A stretch of DNA of 33,662 nucleotides from a virus: IMG/VR virus record IMGVR_UViG_3300044564_000025. The stretch is one strand, 5' to 3'. Below are positions 1-6,631 of the stretch, in pieces (within the stretch, counting starts at the first letter, position 1; every line of letters begins with the position of its first letter). The notes beneath the pieces were generated by a model. That model did not search any database, was not told the DNA's origin, and saw only the letters and a program-made list of their open reading frames with translations. The translations under genes were made by a program, and so were the position numbers.

Positions 1-127
1 GACCGTGAAGGCCGTCGCGAAGACTGTCGAGGCGATGCTCGCGACCGTCTGGAGCGCCGGCCCGAGCACGGACGCGAGGACGTTGGCGATCAGGGTGAGC
101 GCCGGCTGCACGAACGTCGCCAGCGTC
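1..127. repeat. Terminal overlap, copy 1 (identical to 33536-33662)
   Basis: Direct comparison of the first 127 bases (gaccgtgaaggccgtcgcgaagactg...cgaacgtcgccagcgtc) with the last 127 bases shows identity. Confidence 0.95.
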
Positions 128-1668
128 TGGAACGCCGGCAAGAGGGTGCCGCTGACGGCGTCCGCGATGCCCTGGAGGGCGCCGCTCGCCGCCTCGGCTA
201 CGGGCGCGAACGTCTGGCCGAGGTTCCCCGCGAACTCCGAGAGCCCCTGCCCGGCGGTCTGGATCGCCGGGCCGAACGTCGCCGAGAGGTAGTCCCCTAT
301 CCCCTGCAGCGCGCCCTTGGCCGCGTCAATCGCCGGCTGGACCGTCGACGCGACGTCGGACGCGAGCGAGTTGACGGAGTTCCTGAAGTCCTCGTTCGTC
401 GCGTAGAGCGTGCCGAACACGGCGACGGCCGCGCCGACCGCTATGGCCACCGCGCCGAGCGGGTTCACGAGCAGCTGCACGGAGCCCGCCGCGGCCTCGG
501 CGCCCTCGCCCACCTGCTTCACCACGACGAGCTTTCCGATGGCGGCGGTGAGCGCCTCGACGCCGCTCGACACCTCGTCAACGACCTTGAGCGCTCCGAG
601 GGCGCCGGCGACGCCCGCCACGACGGGGGCGAGCTGCCGCATGGTGGCCAGGAGGTCCTCCCAGCCCTGGTCGAAGCCCGACGCGTCGAGCTTTGGCATG
701 CTGATGTCGATGCCGGAGAGCGCGTCGGAGACCATGTTCCACGCGCCGACGAACGCCTCGCGCAGGAGCGAGTACGCGGCCTGCCCGACCATCTGCGCCA
801 TCTGCGGCAGCGCCGCCACGATGCGCTCCCCGATGATCTTGACCCTCGGACCGACGTTCTTCGCGACGGTCTCTATAGCCTGCAGCAGCTGGTCAGTGAG
901 CTTGCCCATGTCCACGTTCTCGTTTCCGAGACCGGCGAGCCAGTTCTCCCACGCGGCCTTCGCCATGTCGATGGACCCGGCGATGGTGTTCGAGGCCTCC
1001 TCGGCGGTGTCGCCGGCTATCCCCTGCGCCTCCTGGACGTCGTGGATTGCCTGGACGACGTCTCCGAACTTGTCGATCGTGAGGTCGCCGGCCTTGCCGT
1101 TGGCCTTCTCCCATGCGTTGGCGTCGGATATCAGGCGCTCCATCTCGGTCTTCGTGCCGCCGTAGCCGAGCTTCAGGTTGTCGAGCATCGTGTAGTTCTG
1201 CTTCGCGAAGCCCTGGTACGCGTTCTGGATGTCCTCGATGTTGCTGCCGAAGACGTTCGCGTTGTCGCTCATGTCGACCATGGCCATGTTGGCACGCTCC
1301 GCAGCCTTGACCACGTCGCCGCCGAAGGACTGCTTCAGGGACGCCGAGAAGCTCGACACCTGCCGCATGTAGTCGTTCGCCGAGAGTCCGGCGGTCACGT
1401 AGGCCTGGCTCGCGTACTGCTCGACCTTGCCCGCGGCAGATCCGAAGATCTTCTCGATGCCTCCGGACAGCTGCTCGTAGTCGGAGTAGCTGTCCAGCGC
1501 CATCTTGCCCGCGGCCACGGCGCCGGCGCCGACGGCCGCGAACGCCGCGGCGGCGACCTTGCCGACCTTGCCGACGGCATCCGATATGCCGCTGGAGAGC
1601 TTCGTGTCGAAGCCCTTCATCGACGGGATGATGCTGATGTAGGCGGATCCCGCCTCAGCGTTGGCCAT
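1..1668 (-). CDS. Tail tape-measure protein, N-terminal 556 codons (gene continues across the circular junction at 33535)
   Basis: Minus-strand frame hand-translated from ATG 1668 (GGGGG run 5 nt upstream) to base 1 with no stop: MANAEAGSAYISIIPSMKGFDTKLSS...YQGFAKQNYTMLDNLKLGYGGTKTEMERLISDAN... It is missing from the ORF track because it has no stop inside the window. Its position right after the G/GT genes and its Ala/Gly-rich helical content are typical of tape-measure proteins. Confidence 0.9.
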   Translation of the reverse strand, partial: MANAEAGSAYISIIPSMKGFDTKLSSGISDAVGKVGKVAAAAFAAVGAGAVAAGKMALDSYSDYEQLSGGIEKIFGSAAGKVEQYASQAYVTAGLSANDYMRQVSSFSASLKQSFGGDVVKAAERANMAMVDMSDNANVFGSNIEDIQNAYQGFAKQNYTMLDNLKLGYGGTKTEMERLISDANAWEKANGKAGDLTIDKFGDVVQAIHDVQEAQGIAGDTAEEASNTIAGSIDMAKAAWENWLAGLGNENVDMGKLTDQLLQAIETVAKNVGPRVKIIGERIVAALPQMAQMVGQAAYSLLREAFVGAWNMVSDALSGIDISMPKLDASGFDQGWEDLLATMRQLAPVVAGVAGALGALKVVDEVSSGVEALTAAIGKLVVVKQVGEGAEAAAGSVQLLVNPLGAVAIAVGAAVAVFGTLYATNEDFRNSVNSLASDVASTVQPAIDAAKGALQGIGDYLSATFGPAIQTAGQGLSEFAGNLGQTFAPVAEAASGALQGIADAVSGTLLPAFQTLATFVQPALTLIANVLASVLGPALQTVASIASTVFATAFTV

Positions 1669-2397
1669 CGGTGCCCCCGTTCCACCAATCGTCGAAGTCG
1701 GACACCGGTATGGCGCCCGAGCCGTACGTGCGGCTGTCCCCGTTCGCGGACACGCCGGGCCGCTCTATCGGCCTCGGCAGCCTCGACCTCAGGTCGTGCC
1801 GGCTGTTGGCCTGCGCGACCTCCCAGTACACGTAGTGCGCCGTGTCCGCTATCTCGGCGAGTAGCATCGGCACGAGCGAGGGCTCCTGCCAGCGCACCTC
1901 GTCCTCGCTGTCGCCCCTCACCTCGCGGCACGTGGCCGAGTCGGGAGGGAGGTGCGACACGAAGGCGAGGAGCGCCCTCGCGGGCAGCCCCCCGCCCAGG
2001 TCGGACAGCGTGAAGCGCGTCCTCGTCATGAGGTCGTACTCGAGCGCCCCGCCATGCCCGGAGACGAGCATGGCCAGGGACGCTATTCCCCCTCGGAGAC
2101 CCCGGTCCCCTCGGAGCGTGCCTCCTGCCAGGCGCTCATGAGCGCGCTCGCGGCCTCGAAGGAGAGCCCCTTCGCGCCGGGCGCGTACCTCTCGGCGAAG
2201 TCCACGAACCACTCGGCCATGGCCACGCCGCCGCGGAACTTGCCCTCGTCCCCCTCGCCCTCGCCCTCGGCCTTGGCCTTGGCGAAGGCCTCGCCCATGG
2301 AGCGGGTCTCGTCCAGGCCGAGCTCGAGCGGCAGCGAGCACTCCTTGCCGTCGAGCTTGAATTCGAGCGCCTTGCGCTCAGTCGTTAGCTCGAGCAT
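1655..2397 (-). CDS. Tail assembly chaperone, -1 frameshift-extended form (gpGT-like), predicted
   Basis: The -1 frame (track ORF 1655..2341) is open across the 3' end of G and ends 14 nt inside the tape-measure start. A GGGGGAA run (minus strand, 2086-2092) lies directly before the G stop codon. Confidence 0.5.
2083..2397 (-). CDS. Tail assembly chaperone (gpG-like)
   Basis: 104 aa, acidic (MLELTTERKALEFKLDGKEC...AKAEGEGEGDEGK...). The ATG at 2397 overlaps the TAA of the major tail gene (TAATG). It sits between the major tail and tape-measure genes. The upstream Arg-rich part of track ORF 2083..2784 was trimmed. Confidence 0.75.
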   Translation of the reverse strand: MLELTTERKALEFKLDGKECSLPLELGLDETRSMGEAFAKAKAEGEGEGDEGKFRGGVAMAEWFVDFAERYAPGAKGLSFEAASALMSAWQEARSEGTGVSEGE

Positions 2398-2984
2398 TAT
2401 GCGGCCGCCTTCACGCCGTCGTCCACGTAGATGTAGATGCTGTTGCCGCTCGAGTCCGGGTAGCAGGACAGCGTGATGGGGAGCTTCACGGAGTCGGAGC
2501 TCACGAAGTCGATCTCGTCGACGCTCGTGACCTGCCCGTTCGGCACGACGATGAGGATGCGCGCGTTGCCGTCCTTCATGCGGAAGGCCCAGGAGCGCGC
2601 CTCGGGCATCGCGGAGTTGATTGCGAGGGTGACCTGCTCGCCGTGCTCGGTCGTCGCGGCCGTCTTGGTGACGGCGGACGTGCCGAAGGCGTGGCAGAGC
2701 GCCTCGTAGCTCATCTGCATCTCGGACCACGTGATCGTGCCGTCGAAGCTGTCGAGCAGCTTCTTCACGACGGAGCCGGACCACTCCTTGATGTCGTTGG
2801 TCGAGCGGTCGGTCTTGAGCGCCAGGCCGTCCTCGGAGACGTAGCCAGACGAGGTGAACGCCTTGTCGAGCTCCTCCGTCGCGGACGTCGGGAGCTTGGT
2901 CCCGAGGGGCGCGTCGAGCACGGCCCCCGTGGTCTTCTGGTCGGGCGCGCCGACCAGTACCTTGCTTACGTCGAGTGCAGCCAT
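2397..2984 (-). CDS. Major tail protein
   Basis: MAALDVSKVLVGAPDQKTTGAVLDAPLGTKLP...; Thr/Ser-rich beta-type sequence, about 195 aa, directly upstream of G/GT. ATG 2984 has GGGAG 5 nt upstream; the GTG at 2990 used by the track is less likely. Confidence 0.85.
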   Translation of the reverse strand: MAALDVSKVLVGAPDQKTTGAVLDAPLGTKLPTSATEELDKAFTSSGYVSEDGLALKTDRSTNDIKEWSGSVVKKLLDSFDGTITWSEMQMSYEALCHAFGTSAVTKTAATTEHGEQVTLAINSAMPEARSWAFRMKDGNARILIVVPNGQVTSVDEIDFVSSDSVKLPITLSCYPDSSGNSIYIYVDDGVKAAA

Positions 2985-3003
2985 TCGCACTCCCTTCCCC
3001 CGC

Positions 3004-3375
3004 TCAGTCGAGCAGGTTGACTTCCAGGTTCACGTTCGTCTGCCAGACGAACCAGCCGCCGTCCATGCGTCCGTAGCTGAGCACGGTCGGCACGAGGACG
3101 GCGTTCACGTGCGCGTCGGTGGGCGGCATGGTCTTGCAGGCCAGGGCCACGAGGTAGGCGTCGGTCTCGGCCGTCGCCTCGTCCGCGGCCCACACCTGCA
3201 CGGCGAAGGCCGGCGACTCGTGCGGGTAGTCGACCTCGCCGCCAGTCCTCGTGACGACGGCGAAGGGCTTCGCGCCCTCCGTCGCGGTCGTGGCGGACGC
3301 GGGCGGGTACGTCCCGACGCGCACGCCGAGGACGCCGCGCACCCAGTCGCACACGAGCTCAAGCGATGAGACCAT
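3004..3375 (-). CDS. Tail terminator / tail-completion-like protein
   Basis: 123-aa ORF between the gp10-like gene and the major tail gene; assignment is mainly positional. Confidence 0.55.
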   Translation of the reverse strand: MVSSLELVCDWVRGVLGVRVGTYPPASATTATEGAKPFAVVTRTGGEVDYPHESPAFAVQVWAADEATAETDAYLVALACKTMPPTDAHVNAVLVPTVLSYGRMDGGWFVWQTNVNLEVNLLD

Positions 3376-3378
3376 CCG

Positions 3379-3642
3379 TTACCTCCCGAGCGCCTTCTTG
3401 AGCGTCTGGTGCTTGAAGTTGCTGTTTATCGTGTGCATGTCGCCCGTGTACACGACGGCATGGGCTCGCCCGGAGCCCCCCGTCGCGCGCACGCCGTAGC
3501 CGCTCGCCCCGTACATGGAGTTGGCGGTCGCGCAGACTCGCTGCGCCTTGGCGAGGACGAGCCTCTGCACGGCCCCCGAGGTGAGCATCGACCTGGCGAA
3601 GGCGGGGCTCATCGACACCCTGTCGAGCCTCACCTGCGTCAT
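3379..3642 (-). CDS. HK97 gp10-like head-tail joining protein
   Basis: MTQVRLDRVSMSPAFARSMLTSGAVQRLVLAKAQ...; the ATG at 3642 overlaps the upstream TGA (ATGA). The Arg-rich 5' part of track ORF 3379..3873 was trimmed. Confidence 0.65.
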   Translation of the reverse strand: MTQVRLDRVSMSPAFARSMLTSGAVQRLVLAKAQRVCATANSMYGASGYGVRATGGSGRAHAVVYTGDMHTINSNFKHQTLKKALGR

Positions 3643-3980
3643 CCGTCGGCCCTCCCCAGGAGCACGTAGCATCCCCACGGGCCCCTGACCGAGCCCTCGG
3701 GGAACTCCCTGGGCTCGCCCAGGACGCGCAGCCACTCCGTGCCGTCCAGGGACACGATGGCGCCCCTGAGGTACTTGGCCCAGCCGCGCGGGAGGTGGGC
3801 GGTCGCGGTCACGCTCGCGCCCTCCGGGCGGTCCGTCGCGAGGTCCTCCGGCGTCCCGGGCGCCCAGAGGCACCCGGGTACCGAGACGGCCTCGGCGTAG
3901 CTGATGACCTCGTTTCCGAGGCGGTCGGTGCCCGAGTCGGCGCGCGGGCGCACGCGGAGCGTCACCGTCGGGGCCCTCAT
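3639..3980 (-). CDS. Head closure / head-tail adaptor protein
   Basis: MRAPTVTLRVRPRADSGTDRLGNEVISYAEAVSVPGCLWAPGT...; the ATG at 3980 overlaps the upstream TGA (ATGA). Size and position match head-closure proteins. Confidence 0.7.
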   Translation of the reverse strand: MRAPTVTLRVRPRADSGTDRLGNEVISYAEAVSVPGCLWAPGTPEDLATDRPEGASVTATAHLPRGWAKYLRGAIVSLDGTEWLRVLGEPREFPEGSVRGPWGCYVLLGRADG

Positions 3981-4351
3981 TCGGGCACCGCCGGGCTCAC
4001 GAAGCCGCACCACTCGCCGTCGAGGCCGAGGAGGCTGCGCTCCGTCTTGGTCAGGTAGATGTCGCCCGTCGGGTTCGCGTAGCTCGTGGAGCCGGAGTAG
4101 GGCGTTGCGCCCCAGGACTCCTGTGTGACGCCGAAGCCCGACTCGGAGGCCATGAGCATGCGCGTCGCCGCCTGGCACGTCACGAGCCTGAGCACGTCGG
4201 CGCCCACGCCCGACGGGTCGACGCCCCCCGACGTGCAGAGGGCGTCTATCGCGGACGAGACGAGCGGCAGCACGGCCTTGGCGCGGGACTCGTCGAGCGT
4301 GCCGCCGGGCCACAGCGCCCTCAGGTCATCGAGCGTTGCGTGCTGCGCCAT
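3977..4351 (-). CDS. gp6-like head-tail connector protein
   Basis: MAQHATLDDLRALWPGGTLDESRAKAVLPLVSSAIDALC...; the N-terminal motif pattern and the position right after the capsid gene fit a connector. Confidence 0.7.
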   Translation of the reverse strand: MAQHATLDDLRALWPGGTLDESRAKAVLPLVSSAIDALCTSGGVDPSGVGADVLRLVTCQAATRMLMASESGFGVTQESWGATPYSGSTSYANPTGDIYLTKTERSLLGLDGEWCGFVSPAVPE

Positions 4352-4364
4352 GAGTCGTCACCCC

Positions 4365-5252
4365 CTAGGCGGACGCCTTCTTGAGGACCGCGAAGCCCTT
4401 GGGGTCGAGAACGGCCCAGCTGTAGACGACCTCGGTGCGGTAGGCGATCTGGTTCAGGCGCTTGAGGTCGCCCAGGCCGTCGGGGTCGCCGGTCTCGATC
4501 ACGTCGAGGCCGAGGTCGCGGACGATGCCCCACTTGATGAGGCCGAACTGGCCGAGGATGGCCAGGACGTTGGTCGCGGTCTTGGCGAGGGAGCCGCTGA
4601 CGGTTCCGGAGGTCGCGGCGGCGATACCGTCGAGGTTGCCGACCTGCAGGTTCAGCGGGATCTCCGGGTAGAGGCGCGCGCCGGTGCTCTTGACGCGGAT
4701 CTTGCGGAGCTCGTTGGCCCAGGTCTTCGAGAGCGCGATGCCGTCGATGTCGTAGGACTCGTTCACGGCCGCGACGAGGCTGTCGAGGTCGGCGGAGGCG
4801 TCGGTGGTGGCGGTCACGGAGTTCGCGCCCGCGGTGAGCGCCGTCATGCCGGACGCGGCGGTTCCGGTGGACGGGTTGATGGCGTGGTAGATGCCGTAGT
4901 CGAGCGCGCGGCCGACCGCCGCGGAGGATGCGTCCACGATGGCGTCGATGATGCCGATCTGGGAGTCCTCGTCGGCCCACTTGACCTCGTCGGACAGGCG
5001 CACGGTGACCTGCGCCTTGTGGATCTCGCCGGGGACGGGGGTGAACGCGGCCTCGGAGGCGGACTTCTGCGCGCCCTCGCCGACGAACTCGGCCTCGGGC
5101 TCCTTGGAGAAGAGCATGTGGGTCATGTCCTTGAAGAGCACGGGCGTGCTCGGGGACAGGGTCGCGATGGTGGAGGTGTCGCGCGCCTTGGTCACGACCT
5201 GCTGCGCGACCTCCTTGGGGAGGGTGATGTTCTTGGTCTCGATTGCTGCCAT
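4365..5252 (-). CDS. Major capsid protein (HK97 fold type)
   Basis: 295 aa, MAAIETKNITLPKEVAQQVVTKARDTSTIATLS...NQIAYRTEVVYSWAVLDPKGFAVLK; GAAAGG SD 7 nt upstream; follows the scaffold gene. Confidence 0.9.
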   Translation of the reverse strand: MAAIETKNITLPKEVAQQVVTKARDTSTIATLSPSTPVLFKDMTHMLFSKEPEAEFVGEGAQKSASEAAFTPVPGEIHKAQVTVRLSDEVKWADEDSQIGIIDAIVDASSAAVGRALDYGIYHAINPSTGTAASGMTALTAGANSVTATTDASADLDSLVAAVNESYDIDGIALSKTWANELRKIRVKSTGARLYPEIPLNLQVGNLDGIAAATSGTVSGSLAKTATNVLAILGQFGLIKWGIVRDLGLDVIETGDPDGLGDLKRLNQIAYRTEVVYSWAVLDPKGFAVLKKASA

Positions 5253-5282
5253 TCGTCAGCCTTTCTCTTGGTGTTGCGTCCT

Positions 5283-5729
5283 CTAGGAGCCGAAGATCTC
5301 GCGTGCCAGGCGCGCCTTCGCGGCTGAGACGCCGTCGTCGGAGCCGCCCTTGGTGTCGAAGCGCCCGGAGTGGCCGTGCGCGCCGGACTTGGGCTTCGCG
5401 TACTCTGCCACGGCCTTGGCGTTGGCCTCCATCTCGTCCTCGGTCGCACCGAAGACGAGCGACTCGGGCACTCCGGCCGACTTGGCGACGCGACGTCGGA
5501 CCTCGTCGAGCTCCGCCTTGGCCTTGTAGCCGTCGAGCTCGGCCTTTGCCTTCTCGGCGGCCTCCCTCGCCTTCTGGAGCTCGGACTTGGACTCCTCCTG
5601 GAGCTCGTCGTAGGCCTTTGCCTTCTCGGCGTTCTCCTTGGAGCGCTGCTCCCACTTTCGGGCCATCGCCTTCCAGTCGGTCCCCTCGGCGCCCTCGTCC
5701 GGTCCCTTCTCCTCTGGCTCGTCTGCCAT
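5283..5729 (-). CDS. Capsid scaffolding protein
   Basis: MADEPEEKGPDEGAEGTDWK...ELQEESKSELQKAREAAEKAKAELDGYKAKAELDE...; charged coiled-coil-like 148 aa. ATG 5729 is preceded by GGAGGGAG. The upstream part of track ORF 5283..5870 was trimmed. Confidence 0.75.
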   Translation of the reverse strand: MADEPEEKGPDEGAEGTDWKAMARKWEQRSKENAEKAKAYDELQEESKSELQKAREAAEKAKAELDGYKAKAELDEVRRRVAKSAGVPESLVFGATEDEMEANAKAVAEYAKPKSGAHGHSGRFDTKGGSDDGVSAAKARLAREIFGS

Positions 5730-5744
5730 CTCTGGCTCCCTCCT

Positions 5745-5873
5745 GTCCCGTGCGGGACGGCCTCGGGCCGTGCGGCCCACGTTTATATGGCAGGAGGCCC
5801 CGTGCGGGGCCTCCGTGCTTGCGAAGTGTTTTGGCATGGGAAGGGCCGCATCCTCTCGGGTGCGGCCCATGCC
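5745..5873 (-). other. Cluster of four GC-rich stem-loops; three share a 4-nt loop GTGC (GCAC in the minus-strand RNA)
   Basis: gtccc-gtgc-gggac (5745-5758), gggcc-gtgc-ggccc (5765-5778), ggaggcccc-gtgc-ggggcctcc (5793-5814), and ggcatggg..gggccgca-N10-tgcggccc-atgcc (5833-5873). All lie in the 177-nt gap between ORF 5907..6302 and the scaffold gene. Confidence 0.6.
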
Positions 5874-5906
5874 GTCGTCGTTCTGTTTGCTTGCGTGCCG
5901 CGTGCG

Positions 5907-6302
5907 TCACATATCCGGGATGAAGCCCATCACGTAGCGCTTGACGATCTCCTCGGAGACCTCCTTGAGGAGCGGGTACGGCACGTCGATTCCGGCCGCG
6001 TCGAGCGTCCTCGACACGAGCGCCCACACGCGGTCGTTCTCGATTAGCCTGAAGAACTCGCGTCCCTCTTGCGTCAGGCCCGATATCTCTCCTCCGAGGC
6101 AGATTCCGCTTCCGTCCTGGAACTCTAGCGTGCTCTCGATGAGTCCGTCTGACTTGAGCCTCGCGAGCTCGCGCTTGAGCATAGCTTCGTCCCTGACGCT
6201 GATGAAGTCGCCGTAGCTCGTCGGGCCGTCGTTCGCGGAGATTATCGCGAGGACGGCTCGCATAGTGTCGTAGTCCCTTGGCATTTCAAATCTCTCAACC
6301 AT
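5907..6302 (-). CDS. Winged-helix protein, DUF2513/YjcQ-like; second gene downstream of the MuF C-terminal module
   Basis: MVERFEMPRDYDTMRAVLAIISANDGPTSYGDF...LKSDGLIESTLEF...GLTQEGREFFRLIENDRVWALV. The ATG at 6302 overlaps the upstream TGA (TGATG). Lower-GC DNA. The 5' extension of track ORF 5907..6410 was trimmed. Confidence 0.6.
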   Translation of the reverse strand: MVERFEMPRDYDTMRAVLAIISANDGPTSYGDFISVRDEAMLKRELARLKSDGLIESTLEFQDGSGICLGGEISGLTQEGREFFRLIENDRVWALVSRTLDAAGIDVPYPLLKEVSEEIVKRYVMGFIPDM

Positions 6303-6631
6303 CAGTCGAGTATTATCGGAGTCGCCACCCCATCGCGGTCTTCCCAGATGATCGTTTGGTACCACTTGTCTCCGAATTCTGGGTCCTTCAAATCGGCTTC
6401 TGACTTCCATTCCTTCTCGAAACGCTCTGCTTCGCTCTCAGGAACTATCCAGCCATATAGGCCTATCAGGTGCTGACCGGCTATGTTGAATGTGTCCCCA
6501 TCTGAGGTGTCGAAGAAGAACCGCTCGCCTCTTTGTCTGCAGAACCGGTTCATAGCTTTCACTGACCTTATCTCGTCCTTATAGACGAGATCATTTGTGT
6601 ACCGAATTCCAGACGGAAGTGAGCTCTCCAT
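6302..6631 (-). CDS. Small protein immediately downstream of the MuF C-terminal module (candidate immunity protein)
   Basis: 109 aa, acidic, Trp-rich (…FFFDTSDGDTFNIAGQHLIGLYGWIVPESEAERFEKEW…). ATG 6631 follows a GGGGGAG run and overlaps the MuF gene 3' end by 41 nt. An alternative ATG is at 6553. No family recognised. Confidence 0.5.
   Translation of the reverse strand: MESSLPSGIRYTNDLVYKDEIRSVKAMNRFCRQRGERFFFDTSDGDTFNIAGQHLIGLYGWIVPESEAERFEKEWKSEADLKDPEFGDKWYQTIIWEDRDGVATPIILD

Noticed and set aside
1-127. Terminal repeat as genuine phage direct terminal repeat, LTR or insertion-sequence end
   Set aside because: It lies in frame inside the tape-measure ORF and has the length expected of an assembler k-mer overlap. 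It is interpreted as a circularisation artefact of a closed genome.
4321-6027. 568-aa minus-strand ORF, the longest in the track in this area
   Set aside because: It is extremely Arg/Gly/Pro-rich and lies in an alternate frame over the clearly recognisable capsid and scaffold genes. This is a typical high-GC shadow ORF with no sensible start context.
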